From NCBI GenBank assembly GCA_050273025.1, contig CP158635.1:28768001-28832000 (forward strand): 64,000 nt of DNA, read 5' to 3'. A model generated the notes under the pieces. The model searched no databases and was not told the DNA's origin. It saw nothing but the letters and a program-made list of their open reading frames with translations. A program made the translations under genes and the position numbers. Positions 12,232 through 27,722 of the stretch are shown here, in pieces. Source of the DNA: Cenococcum geophilum. Taxonomy: Eukaryota. Positions within the stretch are counted from its first letter, which is position 1. Every line of letters starts with the position of its first letter.

Positions 12232-14956
12232 TTACGTTGCGCCTTTTTTACCACCAACGCTTAGCCTACGACTAATTCTACATCTCTGCAATACTGTAGG
12301 CGCTGCTAAAAGCAGCGTATCTATAAATTACCTCACTTTATACTTCTAAGGAACCTATAATAGTAAGACGATATCCCTTACTAGCTACTATATTAAACCT
12401 AAAGAATAATCTAATACCTATACCTAACCTACAACGCCAATTAATCCTAGGAGAATTTAATTTATTAGCTATAGCCTTAACCCCTAAGGAGACGGACACT
12501 AATAATGTCTTATCTTTTATTAACTATATAACTACGGATAAGCAAATAGAAGGGCTATTACCTATTAAAATTAAAATATAAGACGCCGAGACATTTGTAA
12601 AAATAGTAGTATAAGACCCTAATAAATACTACTGCCTTTTATAGAACTATTACCTAAAGCTTATACGAGCTAAGATGTATACTATTTAAGATTGCGATAT
12701 TATCTAAGACCTATAAGCTTATAAGGCGCTCGCTAATAACATATGTTAAGAAACCGAAGATAACCTCTATGTATCTAAACGCGATATCTAATAATTAAAG
12801 AAGGCTAAGATTATACTAATTACTACAGTTACTAAAAGAGAAGGTATAATTAAATACCTATAATCTTAGCTTAACGAGCACATTTGTAATAACGCTAGAT
12901 ACCTCTCTGCTATATATAACGCCACTTAAGTCTCTACGCCCCTGGCAACTTTACCTACTTAATACTTAACAGAGGGCTAGCGCTAAGCAGCTTTACCTAA
13001 TAGAAACCCCTACTAAAGCAGCAATAATAAAAGCTATAATAATTGGACCTAAACTGTTACTATAGGGTCTAATATATGCTACCTTAATCCCCTAGTCTTT
13101 TAGAGAAACTATAAGGAATACAGCCACTAAAAGATGTAAATCCGTAAAAAACTAATTTAGAGCGCCTGCCTTTTTCCTATAGAAAATATTAAGATCGGCT
13201 ATATTATTGGGCAAATAAAGGGTACACCATTTAATAGACTCTTCGCCCAATAGGAAACTAGTAGCTACTAAAAGTAGTAGTCCTACTAAAAAGTCCTTAA
13301 TAATCTTAACCTAATATACCGTAACTATAACCTACTAGCTACTAACTAAGCTAAACTACGTGCCCTAAAGATAAGCCCTACTAAATTATTTAATAAATTT
13401 TATATTAAATTCTAGGAATATACTGGAGCCCTTACCTAAGACGATACTAAAGACTAAAAGGACCTCCTTAAAAAAGTTACTTATCGCCTTAGTTACGCAG
13501 CTGCTAGCTATAACTATAATAATATTTATAATATGGTAGCAGCTCTATGGAAGATCGAATAATAACTAAATTAGATTGCTACTACTAACCCTTACCTAAA
13601 GACCTCTCTATAGAAGCCCCCTAGGCCTACTAAACCCATATATACTAAGCTACTAACGCCTATTACCTTAAGTACTACCAGAACTAATATTAATTTCTTT
13701 ATACTAACCTTCCTATAGAAACTCCTAGATGGAGAGCGCGAGCTACTTTAGAAACTAGGATACTGCTATAAATACTATTAAGAAGGCTGTTATCGCGATA
13801 ACCTAAACTACCTAATAGCTAGGTTTAGTAGCCGCCGCCTAATACCTAACCTAATACCCTAAACACTAAATATGTTACTATACGCTACTATTATATAAGA
13901 CGAAGACATAGTAATAGCGGTAGAGTTAGATACGGAAACGGAAAACGCTAAGTCCTAGCCCTAAGTTATAGGTTAGGACGCCCTAATAATGAAGGGATCT
14001 ATATATTGGCTTGCTTAATAAATAACTTTATAAAGATAAATAGACGGAAATAGATAGTTTTACCTATAATAGGAACTACTGCTAAAAAATAATATAAAAG
14101 CCGTTCTATAATTAATTGCGGAGCTACTAATAAATTTATAGATACTTAATTTATGCGTACTTATAACCTACTTACCTTACCCCTTACTAAAGCCCGCGCC
14201 CTATAACTCGCTAACAGTAATTGCACCGTATAGAAGATTACCTATATAGTATAACTTTACCTAGATATAAATAGGCACCAGGAAGAACTCTAGGCCTATA
14301 TAATACTACTTACTAACTACCCTATTATCCTTAGAATAAACTAGCTTAAATAATATAACCCCGCCATTAACTAGAAGAAGAGAGAAGTAACCTTTAACTC
14401 TAAATACTGTAGAGAGACTTACCTAGGGTATAGCCTAGCCGCCTCTATTTACTCCCTAGAATATTAACCTAAGAAACCCCTTATTACCCTACTTATAACT
14501 AACTGCCACTATATAAGTGCCCTAGCCTTCTACCGTATAGTACGTAAAAAAGGCTAGACCGTTACTATAGCTTCCTAATTATAACTATATAAGCTTAATA
14601 AAGAATAAAACTATATCCTCTATAATAATAGGATAGATATAGTTAACCTTTTAGAAGACGACGCCCCTATAGAACTCTACGGACTTTTACCTTTAGACTT
14701 TAAGAAGTTTATAAAGCTTAAAAAAGGACTTACTAATAAAGAACTCCGTAAGCTCCTCCCTAAGAGGTACTATAACTTTACCGATATATGCTTATAAAAG
14801 AGCGTAGATATACTTCCCCTATATTAACTTAATAACTATACTATTAATATTAAATAAGGAAAAATGCTACCTTATAAGAGACCCTACCTAATATTAAAAG
14901 ACGAGCTTCTAGTTATAAAAAAGTATATTAATAAGCACTTTAATAAAGGATTTATT

Positions 14957-17900
14957 TGTGAGGGGATCTTGTAGATAGGGGGCTATAAGGACATGATTGG
15001 AATAGGATAGATTAGTGAGAGAGACGAATCCTTAAGGAGGTAAGGCCTTTAGGATTGTAGAGACTATATACTACGGGCACGTGCCTCTAGCACGTGACTG
15101 GCGACCATCTAAGGGGCGTCTAGGGGTTGTCCTGAGGGCAACCTGAGGTGTCCGCAATAATATCCCTTACATTGCCCCCCCCCTTCTTGCGGTCGGCCCC
15201 TAATCGCTATTACCTTACGGTAGGGAGATTATAAAGGCTCGTCCCGGAAGAGGTTCGGAGAGATATCGGAGAGGTATTAGTATACCGCTGTATATTATCT
15301 ATCTATCTAACCCCTACTTTAAACTCCTAAAAAACCTTAATGAGGAAAAAATATAACTAAAGAAAAGATATAAGGATTGCTAGAAGACCTATTAGAAGCC
15401 TACTAAAAGTATACCGGTGACTACCTAGGCTAATATAGGGATTTTTATATAACTCTGCTTTTAAGCCTTTATACTAGTCTATAATTAATTATAAGTATTA
15501 TAGGTAATTTAGTGTTCTAGTATAGTTCCGTAGAACCTTTAGTATGGGATTTAATATACGGAGCCTTAGCTTGCCGTTGTCTTTAACTGCTAAGATATAG
15601 TCTATAATCTTTTCTTATAATCCTTTTCTTATAATCCCCTGCGTTACTAATATATTGCTCCCATATTTGCCCTTAGGTTATTAGATGCGGTTAAGGTATT
15701 AATTAGTTAGTTAAAGAGACTTATCTCTTAAGATTTGGTGTATGTGGTTTTAAATCTGGTGGTCCTATGCCGTATATTTGGCGTAGCTCTACTGCCTAGC
15801 AAATAGGGACATTTCGCGATAGCAATTGTAGCTATTATGCAATTATTAAAAACGTTTATAACGTTGTTCTTTAATACTATAGTATCATTTTAGGTCTAAT
15901 TTAACCTATATACGTCTTTAATTTAATATCTTAATTGCCTTCCCCCGGCCGCGTAGTCAGTTTTTGTAAGGAAGTAATAGTTAAATAACTTATACGCATG
16001 TTTCCTTCCTTCTAAATAGCGCTATTATAACGGAGTTATATTGGTAAGGTTACGGTTATTTACCGAAAGGGTATTAGAAGGTAAAGTATAAAGACGCCTT
16101 GCTTATTAAGCTGCTCCTTTTCTTAAACACCTTACTTCTCGCCATCAACCGTTGTCTAATTTTAGACATATCTTTAATATATTATTAAGATTTTCTTCTT
16201 TTTCATTAATAATTTAATATGCCTCTTTATTCTCCTACTAACTACTCTTTTAAGTAAATTCTATAGTGTATCCTAGCCCTACCTTTGCACATAAAACCCT
16301 AACCCCCGCTGACCCGTAACTAGTACTGGTCCTACCTAAATGATTTTGCCTATACGTCTTTAAAAGACCAAAAATCTAATAATAGGATTCTAGAGGCTTA
16401 TAATAAGACGCACTGCGTTAGATCTAATACCTTTAGTCCTTATAATTAATGCATACGTACTAAGAGCGGCAGTTGCGTTAAGGTAAGTTTTTCTATCCTT
16501 AATAGATTTCCATTGCTAACTTTAAGCTTTAATAATAGCCTAGGCCTAAGTGGCGACGTTCCTTTAATGTCCTTAACTACTATATCGCCCGGGCTCTCTC
16601 TTATTCTAGTATAAATGCTAAATAACTTAGCTAAATTTAAGACTATACCACGGCCATCTACACTGCCTGTAATTCCCAGTAAGCTAGCCAGTAACGCCTA
16701 ATACAAGAGTAAGGTTGGTATACTAAGAATAGGGTAAGAGATAGGGGTAATGAGAAGAAGGTTGCCATCTACTACAGGAAAAAGTTCGCGCATGCGCGTT
16801 AAGTTTCGAAAGAGTATAATATAATGCGGTATTAGGTAGGTTACCCTTTGGGTACCTAGCAGATAGGTCACTAACGGTTGCCGTAGTAAGGTCTTAGTAG
16901 TTCTAGACTATGCTAGCCAGCCAACGTCTCTATTTATTCTAGGCTTAAGCGTGTCTTTATTATCTATAAGCTTACACTATAAGAGCTTTGTTAGTATTGG
17001 TTTAGACCTAATATTGGTATTAAGCGTTTAAGAGTCTCTGCTCTAGCTACACCTTATCATCCTACCCCTGTTTTTATACCTACTTATACGCCTACCAAGG
17101 TATCTAGATCCCATTCTCGTCAGCCATTACTTAGTAGCCCGATAGATACTAATCCTACTCCTGATAATAATAGGGCGTAGTAGCTTTTCAGATTAGGCAT
17201 TTATGGTTTAGACTTTTAGGATTCGTTCTTATATATAGTAGCAATCAAGGACCTTGATTAGGTGCTTAGGAAGGCCTTAAAAGGCTTTTAGGAAGGGCTT
17301 AGGAGCCCTAGGAACAATATTCCTAGTATAGATTAATAAATAGGAATATAATTCTAGTAAAATGCCCTATTAACTCTATGCTATATACGTGAAAAGGCTA
17401 AGGACCTATCCTACCTTAGGCTATATAGCCCTAATTCTTATGGTTTCTAAAGCTTGTCCGTTCCATATCCGATTTAACCTATTTACTCTTTTCGCGAGCT
17501 TTCTTCATAGGTTATAATAACACCGTAGTATTAGAGCGCTTTCTGTAATTTATAGATTATGGACCTTAGTCCCAATATTCTTTTAAAATATCTTTATAAT
17601 AATTAAGGTAATCCTCTAGTTCCTATATAGAGTCCTTAGCAGGCTAGCCTAGCCATTTAACTTTAAATTAAAGCTTGTTCTTAATAGACTTATAGCGTAG
17701 TATAGCTTTAACCTCATACCGCTCGCCCACCACCTTAGGGTGTTCAATTGGGCCTAGACGGAAGTTCTTTTCCAGTAGTAGTCTATGCTATAGCTCTAGT
17801 AGGTTTACATAAAACACTAGATACACATAGGCTATAAATAGGGGTAGCTGGAGACGATAGGCTAGCTTGCTAATTTATTCCTTGACTTAGAAGGGACCTA

Positions 17901-20900
17901 GGTATCTTATATTAAGCTTCTTTAATAGTTAACAGGTTTTAATATTTGTTAAATGTAATAGAACCTCATCGCCTACTCCGAAATGCTTGTTCTAGTGCTT
18001 GCGGTTATACCAAAGTCTCTACTACTCTTAGGTATCTTACAGGCTCTACTTCGCATACTTTTATTACTCCTCCCATTTCTAAAGGTATCCTTATACTCTC
18101 CGGTAGATGTCTTTAGACTTCCCGGTAGGATTCTATAACTAATTATACGGCTTTAGCCAGTGATTGTTGGGTATACTATTAAACCTAAATAGTTAGACGC
18201 TATAGGCAATCTGGATTAGTGCATACTTATATAATATATATTGCTTTAAATTATAAGCGTACTCCGCGTACGGAAGTAGCTCGCACTAGTTATCTTACTA
18301 GTAGTTTAAATATATCTATAGGTAAGACTCCAGTTTCTGGTTCTGGTGTTCCGTTTGCCCATCCGTCTATAGGTAGAAAGCTGTACTATAACGGTGGTCT
18401 ATCTTTAAATGGAAGTATAGATCTGACCAGTACTAGCTTATAAAGACGCTGCCCCTATTAGTAATAATAGAGTACAGCTAATCTGCTTTAAGAAAGCATT
18501 TCTCCTTAATTAGGTTAGCGAGCTCTTATATATTAATCATCTTATTAACGGGAAGGTATTAGACGTACTTTAAAAACCTATTAATAAGTACGAGGACCGA
18601 ATTATATATTTGTCCTTAGCCATCTTTAGATAGCGGAAGATCTGTAATAAAGTCTATAGCGTAATGTTACTATAGCTTACTAGTAGGGGGAACTAATTTA
18701 AGTAGACCCCATGGCTTATACCTGCGGATCTTATATACTTAACACTTCTTGCAATAGCTAATATACTCCTTTGCTTCCTAATTAAGCCTTAGCCAATAGT
18801 ATTTGCGTTAAAGTAATTCCACTATCTTTACTTAACTATAGTGGCCGCTTAGGGGATTATTATAATTCTTTATAAGAATCTTCTATTGTAGATTTGCTTC
18901 TTATAGCACCCAAACCTTGCTACCTCTATATAGTAGGCCCATTGGGTCCAGTTCCCAATAGTAGCGCCTAGTAGCTTCCTTTCCGTTATATTTCCGGTCT
19001 ACTTCCATATTAAGAATGGCATAAAAAGCGTCCCTCCGTTGCACCTTATAGATGAGATCTATTAACCCTTTAGATAGTTCTTAGGTAAAAGCTATTTCGT
19101 CCTATACTACTCTAAGTACAAGACTAGATAGTACTATAGATCTTATAACTCTTTAATACGCGTGCGTCAGGAAGGCCACTATAAGGTTAAAGTCCTTTAG
19201 TTATTATAGGGCTCCGAGTTCTAATTGCTCTATAGCTTCGCTATTAATTTAAGGGGATAGCTTAGTAATTAGGGATAGTGTATTACCAAGTTCTAAGAAT
19301 ATATTGGGGATGTTCTGTCTAGGTATATTTAGACCCTTATTGGCAACGGACCGGGTACTAGCCGGAACGTTAGTAGAAACCAATAGGGCTTATACCGCCT
19401 AAGACTTAGTATATAGAGCTATGGGTACTTAAGCATCCTATACCTGGAGCTTGTTCTACAATATAGGGAGTAAGATATCTATTATCTGTTTTCCTTCTCC
19501 CGTTTTAAAGCCTTTGGCATAGTTTGGCAGTCGTAACGGTTTATTAGTAGGGTTATTTTCCCCTAGCTTATATTTAATCTCAAAATCAAATCATATAAGC
19601 TCCTCTACCTATCTAGCTTATTAAGGTGTAAGCTCCTTTATAGTTATAAAGTAGCGTAGATTATAGTAATCTAAGAGTACACGAGTGGTATAGCTCGCGT
19701 GCTTAAGGTAATATTGCTACTGTTTAAAGCAGTTAACTATAGCTAGTAGTTTCTTATTGTGGGTATAATACCTAACTTTAGGTCTTTGGAATTTTCTGCT
19801 ATAAAATGCTACTGGTCTCTAATGGAGCTGGGTAGCGTCCAGATGCCTATTAGGTTATAGTAGGATACCAGTAAGGGCAAAATTTAATATATTAGTTATT
19901 ATCATTAATGGCTAATCTGGGTTAAAATGCTATAGTAATAGAGCTTTTATAAACTTTACGCAAAGTTTTTAAAAGGCCTCTTAAACCTTTCCGGGCTATA
20001 ACTATAGCTTATACTATTTAGTTAGTCCCTTTTTAGTTTTCTTCCTTACCGCCTTTAAGCTTTTTGCTCCTTAGGTTAGGTTTTAGGAAGCTTCCGTAAT
20101 ATAGTTAGATAGGTATTAGGTAATATCCAAGTAGTTATAGATAAAGCGCCTATAGAAATTGGTAAAGCCTAGAAATACTTAAATATTCCGGTAGCTTTTT
20201 GGCTCTAGCTACTCCTAGATTGTCTACACCCGTACTAGGTCTATAACTACACCTATAGGCGTTATAATGTAACCCAGGAACTCGACCTGCTTAGTGTTAA
20301 AGATATACTTTAATGCTTTGGCGTAGAGGCCCTAATTATCTAAACGTTCTAGCACTTCGCGGACGTATTACTTGTATTAATTCTCGTCTTCTAAGTAGAT
20401 TAAGATATTATCTAAATAAACGACGTATATGTGGTTAACTAGTCCCCCTAAGGCTCTATAAATATACAATTAGAATATTATAGGCGCATTAGCTAGCCCA
20501 AAAGGCATTACTAAATACTTAAAGTGGCCGTATCGGGTCTTAAAAGCGGTCTTCTATTTATCCCCTTCTTTAATACAGAGCCTATAATAGGCGTCTTATA
20601 GATCTAACTTCGTGAAGATCTTCGCCCTAGATAGTCAATCCAGCATTTCACTAACTAGTAGTAGTGGGTAACGGTTCTTAATTGTAATCTTGTTAAGACT
20701 GCAATAGTTTACATATAGCCTTATAGTTCCATCTAGTTTTAGGACGAAGAGGATTGGCGCGCCTAACGGCGACTTACTAAGCCAGATCCATCCCTTTTCT
20801 AGTAAGCTATTAAGGTACTCCTATAGGATCTTAAGCTCTTTACGCAAGAGGTTATAGATAGGAAGATTTAGCGGTTGTTTACCTTCTTCTAAATTAATTG

Positions 20901-23876
20901 CGTAATTATACTCCGAGTTCTATGGTAGGACTTTAGCTCTCCTACCCGAAAATACCCTTAGTAAGTCCCTTAGGCCTACTAGAATATTTAACAAATTAGG
21001 GTCGCGTTTATCCTCCGCGTTATTGTTAGGTAGGTCCCGGAGCTCCCTTAAGATACTTATAGGCAGCGTTATGCGCTATAGTAGTTGCTTATATATAGTT
21101 GCCACTATACATTAAACCGTTTTATACAGTAGCCAATAGAGGGTAGGGAACTCCTTAACGCAGCGTTTAAGGTGCTATAGTATACTCTCTATATATTGCT
21201 TAAGCCAGAGTAACCTATAGCGGTTAAAGTATCTTATAAGATCCTTAAGATCGCCGCCTCCCTATAATATCTCCGCGACCTATCCAGCAGTTCCCTATAG
21301 GGTCTCTATTATAGAGGGGTTATTACCTATACTAAGCTCTATACCTATCTTGCCATTAAATAGGGGTTGAATTTAATACTCCTTTAGGTATAGAGCGTAT
21401 ACTATTTTGCCTGGGGCTACATTCTCTAGGATGTCCTTTAGGCTTATTAGTAATATACGCCCTTCTAAATCTTTATTGTTCTACTATTTAAAGGCTCCTA
21501 TCTTAAAGCGTATTTTAGGATATACTTCTATAAGCTAAGGGTATCTAAAAATAAGGTTATAACCTATAAAGTTAGCCGCCTAGAAGGGTTGCGGGCCAAC
21601 CGCCTTAGTGCGGTTGTGTATATTAGCTATTAATACTATAAGCTTATAGGCACTGTATAGCTTAATCTAATGCTTATCTAGGAAGCCTATAATAGGTTTC
21701 TGCTACCTTTACAATAGGATAAGTTTATGCTCTTTTACCAAATCATATTATATAAGATTAATTTTGGCGCCGCTATTATATAGTACTTAAAACTGTTATA
21801 CCTTACCTATAGGGAGTGTTATTTCTAGCTTAATAGTAATACGGAGAGTCTCTCCTTCCGTATCTTGCCCTAGTTATAGCTAGGAGAGGTCCGCGACTAG
21901 GGCTTTTCTTTTTTTAGATCATTAGTGCGGTTATCACCCTGCTTATTTTTCTAATAAAATCTACCTCTAGAGTTTTCTCTTAACTTCTTAGAGTATTCCT
22001 ATAAAGGTGCCGGATAGATATTAGGTTAGCCCTAGGAGTCTTTCCCGTTATTTAAGGTTCCTAACTTTAACCCTTTTAAAGTTCTCTTTAAAAACGGCTT
22101 CTTTAAAGGTTAGATCTGCCCTATATTACTACTAAAGTACCCACGCTTTTAGTAACCCCCTAGCTTCCTACCGGAAGAGGTCTAGTTCCTTACCACATCT
22201 TTAGCGTTTAGAACTACTTGTTTAAAATCCGCATATATAGTAATCCGCAATAGGGCTCCTACGCGCTTTATTTTGTTACGAATTGCTAGCTTAATTCTAG
22301 TCTAAATAAACCCAATCTTCTCCTTCTTATAGATACTACCATCCTTATTTTTAAAGGGCTTTAGATTTATCTGTTAAGTATAAGTTTCCACAAAGTTTAT
22401 AAACTAGCAAAAGTTATAGCGGTCTAGCTATATCCCATTCTAGAATAGCTCTATATTATTATATTATACAATATACGGATCTTAAGTCTATTTCTTTAGG
22501 AAGGTTTATAGCTATAGCTATATAGTAATTTACTTTTTATTAAGCTAATTAAGTATAATCTAGTTTAGCGATTGGTCTTTAATCTTGCTAATAATCTAGC
22601 GTATACGCTCTTTAGTATTATCTCGTATTATTAGCATCTTAAAGAAGTTATCTACCTTACAAACCTAATCGTTTAACTATTAGGTGTTAGGTCTATAGCG
22701 GAGTTCTAAACTGCTAGAGGCCTTAGCCAGTTAGTCTATATCCTTTTTCCGTTTATAGTATAGATAACTCTCTAAGTCTTCCACACCTCCTTAAGTAGGT
22801 ACTAGGTAGCTCCTAGGAAGCCCTTAGCCTTAACTAGGTTGTGAAAGAATTTACCTAGCTTAAATTAGACCCTGCCAGATCTAGATTTGCCCTTAAAGGG
22901 TTCTAATATATTCATTAGTAGCTTCCTCCTATATAGCTTCCAAGAGCCTTACGATAGCTTCCCAATATCCGTCTTAAAGGAGATTAATATAGGGCTCTTA
23001 ACCTTCCGAACTTGGGCTTAGGGAGGCTCCTACTATAGAGGTAGTGTTAGTACTAGTAGCTAGTATAGGCTTCCTAACAAGGCTCGGGTCCTAAGTTAGT
23101 AATTAGCTTAGATTACTTAAAGGGGTAGGCCCGCTTGGCTCGTAAGCAGTCTATATACCGCCACTATACTAATTATAGGCCGGTAGTCTTCCGGGAGGGT
23201 TCCGGTTGGTTCCCTAGTTAAATATATTAGTATATTCCTCTAGCATTTTTAGCTTAAGGGAAAATCTTAGAGTCGCCTTTAGCGCTTAATTTTCTAATTA
23301 GCCTAGGTAGGGCTAGAGGGGTTCTAGTTACTTTCTAGCAGCGTTACGACCGTTATAAAGGGTATCTATATTTTCCTTAGCGGTAACCGTAGGTATATAA
23401 GAGTCTTCAAGCTCCTAGAGCATCTAGGTATTAGGGCTCGTTCGGCCGTCTTGCCTAGAGGGTTATATTATTACAATCTCTTGCTATTAGAGGGACTTTC
23501 CTACCTTTACGCGACGGCTTTCTATAAGGTATCCGTGGAGTTTCCATTCAGGTTATTACAAGATTTTAAGGGAAGATAGTAGTTATTAACAAAAGATATA
23601 AACAAATAATCTGGTCCTTAAAGCCGACTACCCTTCTAAAAAAGAGTAGGAAGGATTTAAATATAAGGGGATCTTGTAGACAGGGGGATATAAGGACATA
23701 ATTAGAACAGGATAGATTAGTAAAAGAGACAAATCCTTAAGAAGGTAAGGCCTCTAGGATTATAGAGACTATATACTACGGGCACGTGCCTCTGGCACGT
23801 AACCGGCGACTATCTAAGGGGCGTCCGGGGGTTGTTCTAAGGGCAACCCAAGGTGTCCGCAATAATATCCCTTACA
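14957..23876 (-). mobile_element. Complete Ty3/Gypsy chromovirus B1 (8.9 kb) inserted in the RT of Gypsy A
   Basis: 215-bp LTRs 14957-15171 and 23662-23876; TSD ttatt (14952-14956, 23877-23881); PPT (ccccccccc on +) next to the left LTR; minus-strand VVYLD(D)ILIY ~20400; chromodomain YEVxAIL..KWLGW..xTWE ~17600-17720. Confidence 0.95.
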
Positions 23877-26800
23877 TTATTCGTCCTAGCATATTATTAG
23901 TAGCCGCCCTTATCCTTCTCACTAAGAAGCTAGGAGGAGGTATTTAATTCTACGTTAACTATAGAGGACTTAACGCTATTATAATTAAAAACTAATACCT
24001 AGTACCGCTTATATATAAGACCCTTAAGCGGCTTAGTTAAGCTAAAATCTATACTAAGCTTAATATTATTACCGCCTTTAACTATCTCCGAATACGAGAA
24101 GGTAATAAATAGAAAACCATATTCGTATTACACTTTGGCCAATTTAAATATACTATTATGCCCTTTAGCGTATATAACGGCCTAGGCACCTTCTAAAGCT
24201 ATATTAATAACGCCTTATAGAACTACCTTAATGACTTCTGCTCTGCGTACCTAGACAATATACTTATTTATAGTAATAACCCCTCTAAGTATACTAAACA
24301 CGTTTAAAAGGTCCTATAGCGCCTTAGGGACGTAGGACTTTATATTAATTTAAAGAAATGCGAATTCTTAGTTATAGAAGTAAAATACCTTAAACTAATT
24401 ATTACTATTAAGGGTGTCCGTATAGACCCTAAGAAGGTATATATAATTACTAAATAGTAAGCCCCTAACTGTATTAAGGATATATAAGCCTTTCTTAGTT
24501 TTACCAACTTTTATTAAAAATTCATATACAACTTCTTAGGCGTAGTAGTACCACTTATAGCAATAATACGAACGAAGGGCCTTTCTATAAAAGGAAGAAA
24601 AACGTACCTATGCTTTACCTAGACGCCTAAATGCAAGAAAGTATTCTAAGACCTTAAAAATGCCTTTACTAAAGTACCTGTCCTAGCTTACTTTATACTA
24701 GGACGATAACTCTACCTTAAAACTAACTCCTTAGACCACGTTAACGCAGGCGTCTTCTCCTAAATAGGTGATAATGGTCTCCTTTACCTAGTTATATTCT
24801 ACTTATCTAAGCTTATACTATAAGAGTATAACTATAAAATCTATAATAAAGAACTCCTTATAATTATATAAGCATTTAAAGAATTCTAACTAGAACTCTC
24901 CTTAGTAGAGCCCAACTAGCTAACTAAAGTCCTTATGGACTATCGCAACCTTAAGTACTTTATAACCACAAAGTAGCTAAACTAATATTAAGCATATTAG
25001 AATAAGTTCCTCTCTAGTTTTAACTTTAAAATTGTATATAGACTAGGAGTATAAGGTACTAAACCTAATAGCCTAATACACCGCTCGCAAGACCTTCCTT
25101 AGTCTAAAAATAACCCCTATAATTAGTTCCAACAATAGACGATCCTAAAAGTATAAAATTTGGCCCTAGGCATACTACCTATAATAAAGCTAACTATACC
25201 CTAGCTTCATACTATAGAACTAGAGTTACCTCCTAAAATTAATAAGCTTATTATTATAGTATATAACGCCTCTATCAACCCATTACTATATTAACTTATT
25301 GCCGTAAAGACCGTCAGCGCCTGTACGCTACCTACTAACCTTTAAAGCTTAGGCTAGATTAATATAGCAGCCTTAGAAGTAAAAGAGAACAGGCTCTATT
25401 ATAGAGGCCGCCTATTTATCCCTAACTTAGAAAATCTATAATAGTAACTAATCTAAATGGCCTATAACCTCCGATTAAGCGGCCACTTAGGTAAAGAAGG
25501 AACCTACAAGCTTTTTAGCCAATACTACTTCTGGCCAAAAATAATAGACTTAGTTAAACGCTTTATAGGCGCCTATTATAGTTATAAGCGCGCTAAGGCC
25601 TTTAATATAAAGTACTAAGGACTACTGCACCCTTTACTAGTACCTATATAACGATAGGCAGATATCGCCATAGATTTCGTTGTTAACCTACTACCCTATA
25701 AACGATACGGCCGTACCTATAAAAACATCCTTATAATAATATGCCGACTTATAAAAGAGCGCTACTACGTCCTAACTAAAGGCGTAGCCATTAGCGACGT
25801 TACTAACGCCTTTCTTTATAAAGTTTACTAACTACATAGGTTACCTAACTTAATTACGTCTGACTAAGGCATATAATTTAACTCTAATATATGGAGACAA
25901 ATCTGCTAACGCCTTAGTATCTCCGTTAAGATATCTATATCCTTCTACTATAAAACTACTAGGCAACTGGAAAACGCTAATACCAATATAAAAGCATACC
26001 TACGACAGGTAGTCGCCTATAGTTAAGATGACTAGGTAGATTACCTCCCACTAGGTAAATTCGTAGCGAATAACTACGTCTTAACCACTATAGGACTTAC
26101 CCCGTTCTTCGCGAATAAGGGTTATTACCCCTAATCCAGCATAGAGCTACTAGAACCTATTAATAAGAAACTGCTATATAGAAAACGCCTTAAGATATTA
26201 CTTACTAACTAGTATATAGACCGCATAAAAAATCTACTTAACTACTGTAAAGGAGAAATGGCCTAGGCTTAAGCAAAGTAGGCCTACTTTACTAACCGTT
26301 ATAAAACGCCACCACTAGAGATGCGTGTTAGTGACTAGGTATAGCTAAATACACGCAATATCTCTATATAGAGGCCTATAAAGTTACTCGATTATAAGAA
26401 CCTTAGCCCCTATTTAATTAAACAAGTTATTAATAGGGGAGCCGCATATAAGCTAAAACTCCCACCTACTTTAGCTACCTACGAGATATAGCCTATATTT
26501 TATCTATAGCTACTATACCTCTATTAGCCTAACCCCTTACTAGGGCAGATATAGTCTAAACCCCTACTAGTACTAATCTAAGATAAGAATAAAGACAAGA
26601 ACTATAAGGAGTAGACCGTTAAATAAATTATTAACTCTAAATACTTTAGTAAAGGCAGAGGATAATAGCTCTACTATAGAGCTATATATATAGGATTTAA
26701 TATAGATTAGCTAAAATGGCAACTATAGGAAGACTTTAAAAATGTAAAGGATCTAATTAGCGACTTTTACTACGCGAACCTATAGAAACCGGGCTTAAGT

Positions 26801-27227
26801 AGAGACTTTATACCTAATCCTCTATAGGAGCCCTTATAGAGTTAAACCGTTATATATTACTACGTAAGGGCAAATTGCCGTTAGATTGCCGTTAGGTTAT
26901 AGTAAAGTACGATTATATAACCGGAATATTGTTAAAATGTCTAGGAACTTTAACAAGTAGTTAAAGTTATCTAATTAGTTGGATTCTTAGATGCCAAGCC
27001 CTATTACATAACGTTATTTTAAGCCTTTAGCAATACCCCCCTTTTCTTCTTTTCTATACCTTAAGTGTCTCTTCTATATATATATAGTAACTATAGCGTC
27101 GCCGGAGCTCCGCCTCTATAAGAGGGGGGGTAGTGTTACGGAACCCCACCGCAGGGGCCTCTATAGGAGAGCCCCGTGCTCTCGCGTACACCTCGCGTAC
27201 AGCTTATGTCAGCTACGCGTAGGTATA

Positions 27228-27720
27228 CAGTGATGTGCACGACCAGCTTCACCCCCCCCGTTTAGCGAGTTGCAGATTCGGTTCGGGTATCCAATTTCGC
27301 CTGATTGCCGTATGCTTGGCTACAAGAACTTTACTTCTGGCGGACTTGCGACTGGCCTTCCTCCGCAGTGTCATGATCTTTGTCAAATATCGTAAGGTTT
27401 CCACCCATACGGTATTGCCAAATTTCATCGGCAATTGAAGAGACAGCGTTGTATTCGCGTTTTGGCGGCCATAACGGAGGTGTAGTTAAGGGGGAGAAGA
27501 GGAAGCGTACGTCTTCAATTTGGTTCTCCTGGCCAACCGCGAATCTCCAGGTCAACCAAAGCGAATCTCCAGGGCAACCAAAAAGGTCCTTGCGCGTAGC
27601 CACAGCCGTTCGCTACAATTACTATGTACAGTTGGTGGCAATCAGGCGAAATTGGATACCCGTACCGAATCTGCAACTCGCTAAACGGGGGGGGGGTGAA
27701 GCTGGTCGTGCACATCACTG
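27228..27720. mobile_element. MITE-A, Tc1/mariner-type non-autonomous element (493 bp, ~80-bp TIRs)
   Basis: cagtgatgtgcacgaccagcttc ... gaagctggtcgtgcacatcactg, flanked by TA on both sides. Confidence 0.9.
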
Positions 27721-27722
27721 TA

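Noticed and set aside
18219..18443. 74-aa plus-strand ORF (also 37361-37564 and 60164-60361)
   Set aside because: Chance antisense frames over RIPped Gypsy sequence, with no recognisable motif
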